Source of the DNA: Savitreella phatthalungensis
Lineage: Eukaryota
Length of the DNA: 64,000 nt
Assembly: GCA_051599415.1 (NCBI GenBank)
Contig: AP039693.1
Location: 124,001-188,000, forward strand
Direction: 5' to 3'
The position numbers and the translations under genes were made by a program. Under the pieces are notes generated by a model. The model was not told the origin of the DNA, ran no database searches, and saw only the letters and a program-made list of their open reading frames with translations. Shown here piece after piece: positions 1-11,700 of the stretch (position 1 is its first letter; each line of letters opens with the position of its first letter).

Positions 1-747
1 GACTGCGTGCGCAGAGGATGAGGAGACTCGGTTGGATGCGCTTTGAGATGGAGTGATGCTGCTGCAGGAGCCGTGTCTGACGCGACTGCTTCGCCGTGTG
101 TCAAGCGCTGCGCCGTCGTCGTACTGCCGAGCAAGCGCATCGAGCGACTGACCGAGCTGCTCGTTGACCTGTTGTGCGGCAGCTTCGGCATTTGCAAGTG
201 AGTGAGCTTCCGCCTCGGCCTCAACACGTCGGAGCCCTTGCTCTAGCAGTGTTGCGGCCATACTTGGCGTTGGCAGCTCCTCATCTGAGTAGATGGACGA
301 TGATCGAGATGCAGCCAGAGTTGGGCATGATGTGGTCGATGTAATGGAATGTCTTGACGAGAAGGACGGTCTCGTCTGTGTCTCAGCGGAGACTTTTCGG
401 GCCTCGCTGGCTGGCCGGCCCGCGAATGATGTCTCGCTGTGGCTAGACAGTCGCCGATCCCTCCGGCTGGCCGCTCGAAACGCCAACTCGACGCGCATGA
501 TTCGCTTGACGTCCCGCTGCTGAGGTACAACGATCTCGGGTGTTGCTATTGCTTCAGGCTTCTGTCTTTTCAGCACTTCCTCCTCGGTCGGCCGGCGTGG
601 CACGACCACGCGAGAGACCGCTGTGTCGTGCTGGTGATTCTGATAGACGCTGTCGATAGCAGTCTGAAGACCCGCATCCATGAGCGAGGCGCCGAATCCG
701 AGATCCAGACTAGCGAAGCTATCAGAGATAAGCTTCTGCACTGGCAT
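1..747 (-). CDS. Hypothetical Ser/Arg-rich protein, 5' part; runs off the window start
   Basis: Manual translation: ATG at 747 (MPVQKLISDSFASLDLGFGASLMDAGLQ...) stays open for 249 codons to base 1. Absent from the ORF track because no stop lies in the window. Upstream exons are not excluded. Confidence 0.6.
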   Translation of the reverse strand, partial: MPVQKLISDSFASLDLGFGASLMDAGLQTAIDSVYQNHQHDTAVSRVVVPRRPTEEEVLKRQKPEAIATPEIVVPQQRDVKRIMRVELAFRAASRRDRRLSSHSETSFAGRPASEARKVSAETQTRPSFSSRHSITSTTSCPTLAASRSSSIYSDEELPTPSMAATLLEQGLRRVEAEAEAHSLANAEAAAQQVNEQLGQSLDALARQYDDGAALDTRRSSRVRHGSCSSITPSQSASNRVSSSSAHAV

Positions 748-1881
748 AGCCCCTCGTGGCAGTCAGTCGTATGTCTAGATGAGGCCCTTGCTCAATAGAG
801 GGCAGCGAGTGATATTGCGGGGAGGTGAATAAACGACGTGTGGAAGAGAGGGGGTCGGTCGATTGATATACGTGCCCCACCTGTAGAAAGCATGAGGTAC
901 ACAATCAAAGCGGACGTTCGAAAACAGTCACGGGCTCCACACAAGCACGGATCAATGTCTTGCAAGCTGGGTGAAAGGTGGCAGGCACCCTGCCTCGAGC
1001 ACTCGCTGCTATGGAGGATGAAGCGAGCTCCTGCACGTTTCCGTGGGAGGCGAGAGATCGACTCGGTTGAACGCCAGAGCAGAATGATTCGGGACGATCT
1101 TCTGAAATGGGTTGGCTCAGCGTGTGCGCTCTGGGTACGAGGCGAAGGAAGCAAATCTCGTCTCTAGGCTTGAGTGGCCGAACAGCCATCTGCAGTATGA
1201 TTGAGCTGACAGGTGTCTCAACGGAGGTCTCGGGCTAGTGCTGAAGAGATCATCTCTGTGGTTCGTCCATGTCAACTTCACAGTTTGTCTCACTGGAGTT
1301 GACCGTTCCCATATTCGGCTCGAGGCTTGAACCTGGCTGGACAAAATTTAATATCTGAAGGGTCTCCTCAAAGATGAAGATAATCTGACACCAGTCGAGT
1401 GACATTTGAAGAAGAAACGATTTGGCTTGACCTGGTAGCCGTCCCCGCATGAGGAACACCAATGTTGCGCTTTTCCCACTGTACTGGGACCAACCGAGGA
1501 ACGACGCTCGCTTGTGGCTTAGGAATCTGCTGTGAGTCAGAGCCAGCCTGATGTAGCCATAGTCTAATGGGCAAGTAGTGATACACTGCACTATAGGCGA
1601 TTACGGAGATAGTGACGATTCCACCTGGCGGGGCTATCCGTGCTCCCTCGATCTTTTCTGATGCCACCGCGCTGGACAGGTTGCCAGAGATTCAAATGTC
1701 CGGCGATTGGAGGACCCCACCTGGGATGATGATGTGGACCCTGAGAGTCCGTCTCGCGTGCCGCCCGCTCCCGGAGTGCTTGACTTAGATTCAACGTCGA
1801 AGGTCAAGTTCGAGTGCCTGAGAAGTGGAGGTGCTGCCTGCCACGCGAAACTCATATCGCATATCGTCGGCGAGAACAACC

Positions 1882-3180
1882 TTAGTCGTCACCCATATCC
1901 CCAGCTCCGGCTTCTTCTGCTTCGTTCTCTGCTGGCTCCCTGTACGAAAAGAATTCACGGCAGGCTCGAATCGAGCTGTAGGCGTCGCGTGCCGATGCGA
2001 TGTCGTCTTCGATTGTGTGGGGCATTCCTTCCGTTGCAACGTGTACCTGATCCTTCCATTCGATGAGCGCATGCAGCGGCACGTTGTTCTTTTTTGATGT
2101 CTCCTTGTCCTCAGACTTACTGGTTTCCAAGAGTGAAGCGAGCGCGCCACTCATGTCCTCGCGAGCTGCCGCATCATCCGAGCACGTCAGGTGCACCACT
2201 GTCATATTCGTGGGACACGCTGACAAGCCAGAGCCATGGACGTCACACTGGATGTATCCACGTCCTCCGGGCCTTCGTACCGTGACACATGCTCCATCGT
2301 CTCCTGCAAGAACTGCTGTAAGCTCGTCGCTGATGATAGCAACACGACGCAGGACACTCGACGTGATTGCTGCTGTTGCGCTCGCCTGCTTGTCGAATAA
2401 GATGTTTGTGGTATTGTCGACTTTGAGGACGCCGTCGACAGGCTTATCCCTGCTCGCGAGCACGTAGATTGCACCTTTGACTGCGGCCTTGCGACAGAAT
2501 GCCTGAGCAAGTTCTGCGCCTGCACCGTAGGACACTCCAACCGCCGGAAAATCACCAAACAATCCCAGACTCCCAAGATGCAGCTTTATTCGTGGTAGAA
2601 TCGCCTTCAACAGCACTTTTGACGTGTATGCGCCGGCGATAGCGCCGACGATGGCATCGATGAGATCGTCATCGAGCTTATATACATCCCTCAGGACTGC
2701 AACCGAGGGAGAGTCTAGATGTGAGGCAAGGCCGTCGTTTTCTTGGACAGCTTTGAAGAAGCGCATGAGCCTACGCTTGACGATCAGTGGCAGCTTGCGG
2801 CTTGTGAAGATGTCCTCTTTACTACTTGGCACGAGCTCCAATTCCCCAGCTGACGTGCAGATCAAGAATCTCCGAAGAGCCTTGAGCGTGATGTACTCAT
2901 TCACACGTGTATCTCGAAGAATGTCGATGAGCGGTGATGCGGTATAGAGTCTGACGGGTCTAAGCTCGAGGTTGTACTGGGAAGCCTCTAACGTAGAACC
3001 CTCGAGGAGCGAAAATTTGTCATCTTCGAGCGGGATTGGGACGTTGCCATCGTTCTCGGCATAGTAGTCTCGCTGATCGATGTGCGCGACGGTGCATACC
3101 TGCTGTAGAGCAGCGGCGAGCAAGCTATTGGCTAGCGATGTACCCTGTACTAGCACATCCACGCGAGAGTCTTCCACCAT
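1882..3180 (-). CDS. MRS6: Rab escort protein / Rab geranylgeranyltransferase component A (GDI/REP family)
   Basis: N-terminal VDVLVQGTSLANSLLAAAL...HIDQRDYY, VPSSKEDIF...KRRLMRF and YGAGAELAQAFCRKAAVKGAIYVL are GDI/REP motifs. First ATG at 3180 gives 432 aa. Confidence 0.8.
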   Translation of the reverse strand: MVEDSRVDVLVQGTSLANSLLAAALQQVCTVAHIDQRDYYAENDGNVPIPLEDDKFSLLEGSTLEASQYNLELRPVRLYTASPLIDILRDTRVNEYITLKALRRFLICTSAGELELVPSSKEDIFTSRKLPLIVKRRLMRFFKAVQENDGLASHLDSPSVAVLRDVYKLDDDLIDAIVGAIAGAYTSKVLLKAILPRIKLHLGSLGLFGDFPAVGVSYGAGAELAQAFCRKAAVKGAIYVLASRDKPVDGVLKVDNTTNILFDKQASATAAITSSVLRRVAIISDELTAVLAGDDGACVTVRRPGGRGYIQCDVHGSGLSACPTNMTVVHLTCSDDAAAREDMSGALASLLETSKSEDKETSKKNNVPLHALIEWKDQVHVATEGMPHTIEDDIASARDAYSSIRACREFFSYREPAENEAEEAGAGDMGDD

Positions 3181-3357
3181 ATGAGTCACCTGCAGACTAA
3201 ACGCTGTGGATACCACCAATATACAATCTCGAATGCGTTATCTATTAGCACTAGCGACTCATCGTACCCTGCTAGCCTTTGACCTGCTATGTTCATTCTT
3301 GAAGATGACCGTGCATGTACCAACTAAAATCGAATGAACACGTGCTTGAATACTGTA

Positions 3358-3438
3358 GAGTCTTCCAGAACACTTTCACGTGAAGTCGAGTCTAGCACCC
3401 TGTCAAGCATCCCGTCACGCACGAGCTCGAGAAATCTC
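3358..3438. promoter_or_regulatory. Putative heat-shock elements upstream of AHA1
   Basis: GAGtcTTCcaGAA (3358-3370) and CTCgaGAAatCTC (3426-3438) are imperfect nGAAn inverted arrays, upstream of an Hsp90 co-chaperone gene. Confidence 0.4.
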
Positions 3439-3510
3439 TGGTGTCTAGGTGACTTGTTCACGAATTAACTACGTCAGCTCTTCTGTCGGCTTGCTCTTCA
3501 TTGAGTCACA

Positions 3511-4488
3511 ATGGTGCTTCACAATCCAAACAACTGGCATTGGACAAACAAGGACTGCAGGTCATGGGCAAAGTCCTGGTTCGAGGGCAGCCTGATCGGT
3601 GTGTCTGCTGAGGACGGTTCGACTTCTGTGAAGATCGACAAGGTGAAGGAGTGCACTGGTGACTGCGACATTGCTATGCGAAAGGGGAAAATCATCACGA
3701 TCTACGACATGAAGCTTGTCGCTGGGTGGGCTGGACGTGTTGGTGAGGAGGATGTGGAAGGGACGATCACAGTACCTGAGTTTATGCATGATGCGGACGA
3801 GGACGACCTGGTGTATGAGGTTGAGTTGTTTGCTGAGACAAAGGACAAGGCTGGTGCGCGGGATCTGGTTCGTAAGAAGATCGTCCCACAACTCACATCA
3901 CTCCTCCTCTCGTTCCCCGACGCGATGCGCGACGCACATGGCAAGGACGTCCTCATCGCCTTCGAGCAAGGTCGAACACCTGCAGCTGCTACCGCAATCC
4001 CTTCCTCGGCTCCGACACAGTCGACAGCATCATCATCCACCACCACCAAAACCACCACCTCATCCACGAGATCGTCCGTCAACACGAGCGACATTTCCGA
4101 GTCTTACGAGTTTCAGACACTTGCTTCTGAGCTGTACTTGGTCTTTGTGGATCCTGCTCGGGTGGGTGCTTGGACGCGAGGTGGTGCTGGGACGGTGGTT
4201 GAGGCGAAGGAGGGTGGTAGGTTCTCTCTGTTTGCAGGGAATGTGGAAGGCACGTTTGAGAAGCTGGAGGATGGTAAATCGCTCGTCCAGCGGTGGCGTC
4301 TCCGCGACTGGCCCCAGTCACACTACGCCAACCTCACACTCCTCTTCGATCAAGGTCTCGATGGAACGAATCTTCGGATGACAATGCAGGGCATCCCGAT
4401 CGGCGCAGAAGACGCAGTCAAGGCCAACTTTTTGGAGTACTACGTCAAGCCTATCAAGACGACTTTTGGCTTCGGCGCTGTCTTGTAG
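3511..4488 (+). CDS. AHA1: Activator of Hsp90 ATPase Aha1
   Basis: Starts MVLHNPNNWHW (NxNNWHW motif), has RKGKIITIYD, and a C-terminal AHSA1/START-like domain ending FGFGAVL. Confidence 0.95.
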   Translation: MVLHNPNNWHWTNKDCRSWAKSWFEGSLIGVSAEDGSTSVKIDKVKECTGDCDIAMRKGKIITIYDMKLVAGWAGRVGEEDVEGTITVPEFMHDADEDDLVYEVELFAETKDKAGARDLVRKKIVPQLTSLLLSFPDAMRDAHGKDVLIAFEQGRTPAAATAIPSSAPTQSTASSSTTTKTTTSSTRSSVNTSDISESYEFQTLASELYLVFVDPARVGAWTRGGAGTVVEAKEGGRFSLFAGNVEGTFEKLEDGKSLVQRWRLRDWPQSHYANLTLLFDQGLDGTNLRMTMQGIPIGAEDAVKANFLEYYVKPIKTTFGFGAVL

Positions 4489-4579
4489 GTCCGCTATAGA
4501 CGAGGAGGCTCTAGAAGACGAGCTAAAAATTAGAGGTTAATGAAATGGCATGTAGACACATATACAGACGCATGCAGCG

Positions 4580-6820
4580 TTACCTGATGAGCTCGTGCCG
4601 AGCTTCACTCAATGTGAGCTTGGACATGCCCAGCCTGTACAGCTTTTGTGGGAGCTCAAGCATCGGTCGTGGGGATGATTCAGACCGAGAGGGCAAGTCG
4701 GCTGGCGTCGAGGCTGACGAGGTCTCCGCTGCTGATGACGAATACGACGAAGAGCTCCACTGACGAGGAGGATTGGGTCTGGGGGGATTAGTGTACCTGG
4801 CGAACATCTCCCAGAGCGCCCTGAACGGTCCCATCGATCTGTCCTTCCAGCTCTTGACGACCGCTCGGCCACGGAACCTCCGAAAACCATCGATGTAGTC
4901 GATCAAGTATCCGTTCCCGACGTCCCGCGCAGCGACTCTGGTTCTTGGCCCCAGATGAACTGGCAGCAACCCTTCTTTGACCATCAGGAGCTCGGCGAAC
5001 TCTAGGTTCTCGGCGGCCCAGCGAGCATTGGCCTTGACGAGATCTTCTCGAGAGACTTCTGATGCCTGTGATTGCTGATCATCGTGGTCGGCTTGACGCA
5101 ATGGTCGAGCAAAGTCAGGTCGAGTCGTTCTCAACCACAACGTGATCGTAGCTCGGTCCGCCTCATCCCTCACCCACGGATCTGCACCGGCTCTGACAAG
5201 GGCTTGCGCGGTCCTGATCTTCTTCGCTCCGATTGCGATGTGAAGTGCTGTTAATCCTGAGGCGGTGTAGCGTTGGTCGAGTGGTGTGTTAAGGGATGTG
5301 AGAATGTTTACGGCTTCAATGTCTCCGCGCTTGGCTGCTAGTGGGAGTGCTGAAAGTGAGAGGCCTCCATCGATCCTGTGCTCTGGCTCTACCAGCGCGT
5401 GTGAGAGCAGACGGTGCATGAACCGCGGTGAATCGAGGATACCGGAAGTCGCCCACGGAAGCAAGCGACGCCACAACGACGTCAGTGACCACTCGACCGC
5501 TCCGAGTTCCGTCACCAGCAGGATCACCAGCTCGCGCAAGGACAGGTGAGATGCGGCGTGTGGCCACGCGAGCCAGGCAAACCGTAATGCAGGTCGTTCT
5601 ACCGCGGCCTGAATGAATGCAGGGTCGTCAGAGGACATGACGGTCTTCCAGTCGATGGTGGTGGCACTGACCAAGTACCTTAGCGCATGCCAGGCTGCAT
5701 CCCGCGGACTCCACTGGCAGCCCACGCGTAAGCGCTCGAGGTGCATTCCCTGACCAGCGGCCCAGTGCCAGTTGCCACGGTCGCCTACGCATGCTCGCTT
5801 TGATGGACGTGTGGTAAGATGGACGTCATTCCCAAGATTGGTGTTGATGAACCCAATGAGATCATCCGGAAGGTGGAATTCATGCTCTGTGTGCGGTTCT
5901 GATAAAGGCCACTTGGGACTGCATGAAGCTGACGATTTGTTTCGCCTGATGAACGAGACCGATGGTGAATAGTGAAGATCGGATGAGGATCGCCTGGTTT
6001 TGTCCGCTGGGCTGCTTTGCCCAGGTTCGCTACGGAGTGATGCACCAATTGTGGCGAGATCGTTGGCAGAACGACTGATTCTGTTGTCGGGCCGGTGGAG
6101 GCAGGCTTCGCTGCGTTTGTTGGCCGGAGAATTGGGCGGCCGCCGCATGCACGGACATCTCCAGAACTTGAGCAAATCTGCAAATTCGCTCAGGCCTAAA
6201 GCCTTGTTGTACTCTGGACAGAAGTCTAGCAGGCCCAGGACTGCATGCGAGGCGGAAAGCAGGTCCTTCAGCTGCTTACGCTCGGCGGACAGCGTTTTCT
6301 GTGCTGGCGACGCGGTCAGTCGCAGTGTTCTTGCCTCTGAGATAGGGTGACTAGCTGGAGTGATCCCCGCTGCCGGCCGTTGAGGAAAAAGTGAGAAGCT
6401 ATCGCGTCTTCCGGTACCGGGACTCGTCGCGCGCGACTCGCTCGCCGCTTCAGCCTCAGGAGAGGCGCTTAGACGAATGGGCAGTAGTGAGAAAGCTGGT
6501 CCAATATCCGGAACACTGATTCGGGAGGGCTTATTTGCCAGCCGGGAAGACTGAGCTCTGGATGGTGGCAATGTCGGGTGCGGTGTTTGTGGTGGCGTCG
6601 GTAGTGGGATATTTGGCGGAGGCCCCGGATAGTCCGATGTCGAACTGTCGTATAGGCTGCAAGAGGTCGTTGTATGTGCCCGACGGAAGAGTGACTTCGG
6701 CGGCGGTAGAGGTAGAAACCCACTTGGAGGCGGAAGTGCTGATGCAAGAGATGGCGATCTCTTCAGATACCGCTGCCTATTGTTGATTGGCAACGACATG
6801 GCAGAACAATCGGCAGACAT
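4580..6820 (-). CDS. Ankyrin-repeat-containing protein with Pro/Ser-rich N-terminus
   Basis: Long ORF, first ATG at 6820. Two ankyrin-like repeats: LPLAAKRGDIEAVNIL and GLTALHIAIGAKKIRTAQALVRAGADP. Confidence 0.7.
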   Translation of the reverse strand: MSADCSAMSLPINNRQRYLKRSPSLASALPPPSGFLPLPPPKSLFRRAHTTTSCSLYDSSTSDYPGPPPNIPLPTPPQTPHPTLPPSRAQSSRLANKPSRISVPDIGPAFSLLPIRLSASPEAEAASESRATSPGTGRRDSFSLFPQRPAAGITPASHPISEARTLRLTASPAQKTLSAERKQLKDLLSASHAVLGLLDFCPEYNKALGLSEFADLLKFWRCPCMRRPPNSPANKRSEACLHRPDNRISRSANDLATIGASLRSEPGQSSPADKTRRSSSDLHYSPSVSFIRRNKSSASCSPKWPLSEPHTEHEFHLPDDLIGFINTNLGNDVHLTTRPSKRACVGDRGNWHWAAGQGMHLERLRVGCQWSPRDAAWHALRYLVSATTIDWKTVMSSDDPAFIQAAVERPALRFAWLAWPHAASHLSLRELVILLVTELGAVEWSLTSLWRRLLPWATSGILDSPRFMHRLLSHALVEPEHRIDGGLSLSALPLAAKRGDIEAVNILTSLNTPLDQRYTASGLTALHIAIGAKKIRTAQALVRAGADPWVRDEADRATITLWLRTTRPDFARPLRQADHDDQQSQASEVSREDLVKANARWAAENLEFAELLMVKEGLLPVHLGPRTRVAARDVGNGYLIDYIDGFRRFRGRAVVKSWKDRSMGPFRALWEMFARYTNPPRPNPPRQWSSSSYSSSAAETSSASTPADLPSRSESSPRPMLELPQKLYRLGMSKLTLSEARHELIR

Positions 6821-7195
6821 GAAGGACGTTGAAGACAAAGAAGACTAATCAGTGCAAGTGTCCTGCCTGTTATAGTTACATGGTCGAGACGAGGCGAGCA
6901 TTCGACGAGAGCGGCCCACGGACGTTGGATGAACCAACGCATCCTTGCACGGACTCGACCTGATACAGTTATGCTATCAGTGCGCAGGCCGATCGGCCGC
7001 GTTTATGTGCAACGGCCTTGACCCAGTCTGCGACGGGCTGAGAAAGGTGACGCACATGATCTGTGACGCTGTAGCGTGTGTCCGTGCGTGTTCTCGGTCG
7101 AAATTTGCTGAAAGGTACCATCAGGCGACCGTGCACGCTAATGAATTGGCCGAATAAGTTGCGCTTTCGATCGCGAGGAAAGAGTGACTAAGCAT

Positions 7196-8902
7196 CTAGA
7201 GCTCAGGCTTTATCTTGACTGCATCGCTCGTGATACCAGCTACAGGTCCTGCCTTGACAGCTGCATGAGTCTTGATGTAGCGTTCGGCGGTGGAACGTGA
7301 TTTCCGCTTTGCGTTCGGTGGGGATAGAGAGTCTGCACGGGTCGTGCTGCTGTTGACGTCGCTTGTAGCGCTGAGGGAGACATCGCTGGCTATACGCGAC
7401 AATCTCTCCTTGCCAACAAGTGTCTCGCCCTCCGAATAGAGGTCACCACCTGGCCACGTGTCTGTCAGCTGGCGAAGATAGTGCATGACCCGTGGAATGA
7501 CGATTCTGTCTGTATCGGCAGCCCAGAGGAAATCGAGGTGCTCGTAATGAGCAATCTCCTCGGCGATCGTGTTTTCCGGCAGGTTGCTAAGCATGACATC
7601 AATATCGACGAGCGAGTCGGCACCTCCGTACATAAGCACGATCGGCGTGGCAATGTTGCGTGTGGGGAAACGTGCTGGCTTGTAGAAGCTGGTGGCTGAA
7701 TGATGATGAACGTGGTCGTCGTACATCTGGAAGCGGCCTGCGCGAATGATCTGGAACCAGTGTACGAGCACCTTAACGGAGGTGCTCGAGTAGAGATGGT
7801 AGTAGCTTGCAAGTTTCTGCTGGGGAGACATGTTGGTGGAGTGCCAACCGAACAAAAGCTTCATGCAGTAGTCAAGCAAACGCACATAGGCTGGAGGATA
7901 GATGACGGACTGCCAGAACATGGCTGATGGCAGTATGGTCTTTCGGCCAAACAATAAGAAGAGGAGCGCGGGTGAGCTTTTCACGATCGTGTTGGCGATC
8001 GAGACTCCGTTGTCCTGAGGTGACATTGCGGGTGCCAAGGCAATGAACAAGTTGATCTTGTCGTTGAGCCGTGGATTGATGGAGAGCGTGGCAAATGCCT
8101 GTGCACTTCCCTGTGAGAATCCGACATAGCTCAGAGACTCTACACCTGTAGCGTGGATGATGTAGTCGATCGTGTCTGGGATATCGCTCAATGCGAAGTC
8201 GTCCATGCTGAAGTTCCAGAAGTCACGGTCTGCAGCGTTGCGGGAGCGGATGTGCTTCTTGGAGTACTTGTTGCCTCGATTGTTGCCGAGCCAGACGTCG
8301 TAGCCAGCCTCGACTAGGAGAAGCGGCAGCTGACGATTATGATCGACATTGGCGATCCAGACTTCACTGTTCATCATCAGGCCGTGGTGCATGTAGATGA
8401 CCGGCTTGTTGGTTCGTGGCGTTCGCTTGCCACGGGTGCTGGTCAGACTTGCGGAATCACTAGCACCGCGGCGTATAAGCTCGTCCCGTGTCTTGCACAA
8501 ACGGTGAACGCATAGAAGGTAGTCGTCGCTGGTGCGAACGACGTGCTCTTCAGCTTCGTACCCGAAGACGGCGCACATGTCGACAAAGTCTGTGGCTGTG
8601 CGGATCGTGTCGACCATTGATGCTTCGCCGTTGCTGACACTGCGTGGTTTGCGGATCAGGCGCTTGCTGATTCCGTAGAATAGGCGATAGATTGGCGTTG
8701 GCAGCAGCCAAGTTGCCGCGTGAAGGATCATCTCGAGCAGAACGAGGGCGAGACTGAAGGTGACCATGAGATGCTCGCCGCTGAAGAACATTTGTCAGTA
8801 TTTGGGATCAAGAAAGAGGGGTATGCCAAGTTGTGTAGAGTGAGAAGGATGAGGAATGACTTACAGACTGAGTCTCTGGATGACTGGGATGCGCAGTGGC
8901 AT
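7196..8902 (-). CDS. TGL1: Sterol esterase / triacylglycerol lipase (AB-hydrolase lipase, Tgl1 family); 2 exons
   Basis: HHGLMMNSEVW, DVWLGNNRGNKYS, nucleophile GFSQG and HYEHLDFLW. Exon 1 is 8902-8865 (MPLRIPVIQRLS), followed by a GTAAGT...CTGAC...CAG intron at 8864-8781 that restores frame (540 aa). Confidence 0.88.
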
Positions 8903-9660
8903 GACTGGGAGGCGGAGATGAAAGTCTGAGACTTGCTGAGTATGAAGTGGGTAGATTTGAGCGGAAGAGCGGAGAGAAGGAATGAGATGGTTGAGCAGTA
9001 GTTTGAGGAGCTCCTGAGTATGTGTCTCTGGACTGTCTGCTCTGGACTGTCTACTCTGGAGGGTATAGTGTAATAGACTAGTTGAGTAGACTGCAGTGTG
9101 GAGGATGTGATGAGGAAGGGATATATGTGGTTGTTGGGCCTTGTCAATGTTTAGCTGGAGTGTACTGTATATGAGAGTACAGACCTTTTCAATGACGTGA
9201 ATTCAGTTCTTCCGCTTTCCTCCCTTTTTCAGCTTTCCACTCCACAGAGATTTAAAATCTTTTAATGCATTAACTGCAGACTTGATTGAATGACAGAAAT
9301 AAGGTGCAAGTGGCTGCATGTTCGTGCATATATTGAGCCAACTCAATCAATATAACGTGCATTCATTTAGTGCTGAGCCGCATGGGGAGTTTTCAGAGTC
9401 ACATGTCAATCAGCTTCGAAAGAGCTTTTGCAGGACAGTCAGTATACACTGGGTACGGCACATATTGACACCAGCTTGTACATACACAGAGGGAAACACA
9501 TAGGAGCTCTGTGATGATGATGGTGGAAAATCAATCAGGTTGAGACATCTACGAATGTGTAAAGGGGGAGACAAACGTAAGGAATGTACGTGGTGAATGT
9601 GGGAGAAAGAATGATGTAGTGGGAGTGAGGTTGGTAGGCTGTCGAACAGATGCAAAGAAT

Positions 9661-11334
9661 TTAGATCTTTGCACCGAGAGCCTGGGCAACCTTGTGACCC
9701 TGCTTGATGGAGAGCATCAGCATGATTTCCTCGGACCCTCCGGGGATGGCGTAGGCGCGGACCTCGCGGTACAGACGCTCAACCTTCTCTCCCTGTCCTC
9801 CGCGGGTGTACGACAGACCACCGAAGATCTGTGCGGCCTCACGAGCGCAGTACTCGAACATCAAGGTCGACTGTGCCTTGAGACCGGCGATCGCACCGCC
9901 GAGCATCAGCATTGCCTCAGTCTCATCCATTTGGGAGCTCTGGTAGATGATGTTCTCGAGGTGAGCGTGGGCAGCCTCGATCTGACGACCCATCTGTGCG
10001 AGCTTCATGTTGATCACAGGGTGGTCAAACAGTCTGACGCCGAAGGTCTTACGCTTAAGCGCGAACTTGTAGGCCTCCTCGTAGCACACACGTGCAAATC
10101 GGTTGGCCTGGATGATGATACCGATACGCTCGTGGTTGAAGTTGGTCATGATCACCTTGAATCCCTTGTTCTCCTTGCCGATCAGGTTCTCGACGGGGAC
10201 CTTGACGTCCTCGAAAGTGACGTAGGTCGTTCCGGAAGCCCAGACACCCATGCAAGGCATCTTGCGAGTCGACACACCAGGCATCGTCTTCTCGATCAGC
10301 AGAACGGAGATACCGTTCATGCCAGGGCCACCGGTACGGACGGCGGTGGTGAAGTAGTCGGCGTAGATACCGTTAGTGATCCACTTCTTCTCACCGTTGA
10401 CAATGTAGTGCTTGCCGTCCTCGCTGAGCTTGGCAGTGGTGGTGATGTTGGCCACGTCAGAACCGCCATCTGGCTCAGTGATGGCCAGACAGAAGCGCTT
10501 CTTTCCAGCAATGACATCTGGCGCGACGCGCTTCTTGACCTCCTCCTTGCCGAAGCGCATGAAGGGCGGCAGACCAATACCGTAGCCACCGAGCAGGTTC
10601 CACACGGCACCGCCGGAGCCGCAACGGGACAATTCGTCGGTGAGGACGAGCTCGTGGAAGTGGTCCCATTCCTCTGGGCTGACGCTCTTGACGGTGTGTT
10701 TTGCGTACTCCTTGGGGAAGCCCATGCCGAGTGCGCCGGCCAGGTAACCGCGCTCTCCCATCTGGCGGTAGATGTCCTCTGGCATCTCCTTTGCCTCGTC
10801 CCACTCGTGGCAGTAAGGCATGATGGCCTCGTCCACCCACTCGCGCACCTCCTCGCGCAGACGGATGTGAGACTCCTTGTAGTAAGGCGATGCCCATCCC
10901 TGGTACCATGAAGGGTCAGCGTATGGGATCAGGTCACCGTAGAAGGACTTCTCGGCAATGTTGTCGGCGACAGAGCCGTGTGCCTGGCCGGAAGGCTGAG
11001 CGACGGCATTGGCAGTGGTGGCGTCGGTGGATGGAGCAGGAGTTGGCTCCTTGGCAGTGACGGCGGAGGCAGATGCTGATGACGAGTCATCGCTGCCGCT
11101 GCCGATCTGGCCGATCTGAAGCTTTGGCTGGTACTTCTTGAGAATAGCCTTGTTGTGGTACTTCCAGAACTGCTTCGAGGCGTCCTGGCCAGCGACACGA
11201 ACGAGGATCTTCTTGCCTCCGGGGTGGGAGTCAAGGAAGGATGTCATGTCATAGACTCCATCGTCAACGATGATGTAGAGATCCTTCTCGTTGTTGTGCT
11301 TTGCTACCTCGTCGGTGGTGAATGCCTTGCCCAT
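9661..11334 (-). CDS. Acyl-CoA dehydrogenase with N-terminal cytochrome b5 domain
   Basis: b5 heme motif FLDSHPGG...FWKYH, ACAD motifs CLAITEPDGGSD, NGEKKWITNG, QIFGGLSY and AIPGGSEEI. C-terminal AKI. Strong codon bias. Confidence 0.93.
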   Translation of the reverse strand: MGKAFTTDEVAKHNNEKDLYIIVDDGVYDMTSFLDSHPGGKKILVRVAGQDASKQFWKYHNKAILKKYQPKLQIGQIGSGSDDSSSASASAVTAKEPTPAPSTDATTANAVAQPSGQAHGSVADNIAEKSFYGDLIPYADPSWYQGWASPYYKESHIRLREEVREWVDEAIMPYCHEWDEAKEMPEDIYRQMGERGYLAGALGMGFPKEYAKHTVKSVSPEEWDHFHELVLTDELSRCGSGGAVWNLLGGYGIGLPPFMRFGKEEVKKRVAPDVIAGKKRFCLAITEPDGGSDVANITTTAKLSEDGKHYIVNGEKKWITNGIYADYFTTAVRTGGPGMNGISVLLIEKTMPGVSTRKMPCMGVWASGTTYVTFEDVKVPVENLIGKENKGFKVIMTNFNHERIGIIIQANRFARVCYEEAYKFALKRKTFGVRLFDHPVINMKLAQMGRQIEAAHAHLENIIYQSSQMDETEAMLMLGGAIAGLKAQSTLMFEYCAREAAQIFGGLSYTRGGQGEKVERLYREVRAYAIPGGSEEIMLMLSIKQGHKVAQALGAKI

Positions 11335-11504
11335 CTTTACAAGTGTTATGTGAAGTAGGTTTAGGGTAGATGTGTAGAGTATGAAGGTGGTGTCAGTGTA
11401 GCGCTTTCTTGTAGTCCGGTGTAGGATTGTCAGCCAGGGGGGGAATTGGACGGTCGGGGAAAGTCTGCTGACTATGCGCGTTCGACGAGTGGTTGCGAGC
11501 GAGG

Positions 11505-11700
11505 AAGTGAGTGGGTGAGTGAGTTAGTGCGTGAGTGAGTGGGTGAGAGGTTGGTTGGATGCGTCTGGGTGGTGGAATGTTGCGGGTGAAGGTGTGTCTG
11601 GAAGCGTGTGAGAGAATACGTTGTCTGTGTGAGTGGTCTGTGTGAGTGGTCTGTGTCTGTGTATAGGTGTACGTGTGATTGTGGTGTGTGAGAGAGTGTG
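11505..11700. repeat. Low-complexity GAGT/GTGT-rich simple repeats
   Basis: Runs of GAGT/GTGA and a duplicated GTGTGAGTGGTCT unit upstream of the ACAD gene. Confidence 0.55.

Noticed and set aside
750..1880. Several 60-120 aa ORFs between the first gene and MRS6
   Set aside because: No recognisable motifs or consistent splice model; probably UTR or promoter, though an upstream exon cannot be excluded.
9619..10911. 430-aa + strand ORF
   Set aside because: Antisense shadow of the strongly codon-biased acyl-CoA dehydrogenase; no ATG start and no motifs.
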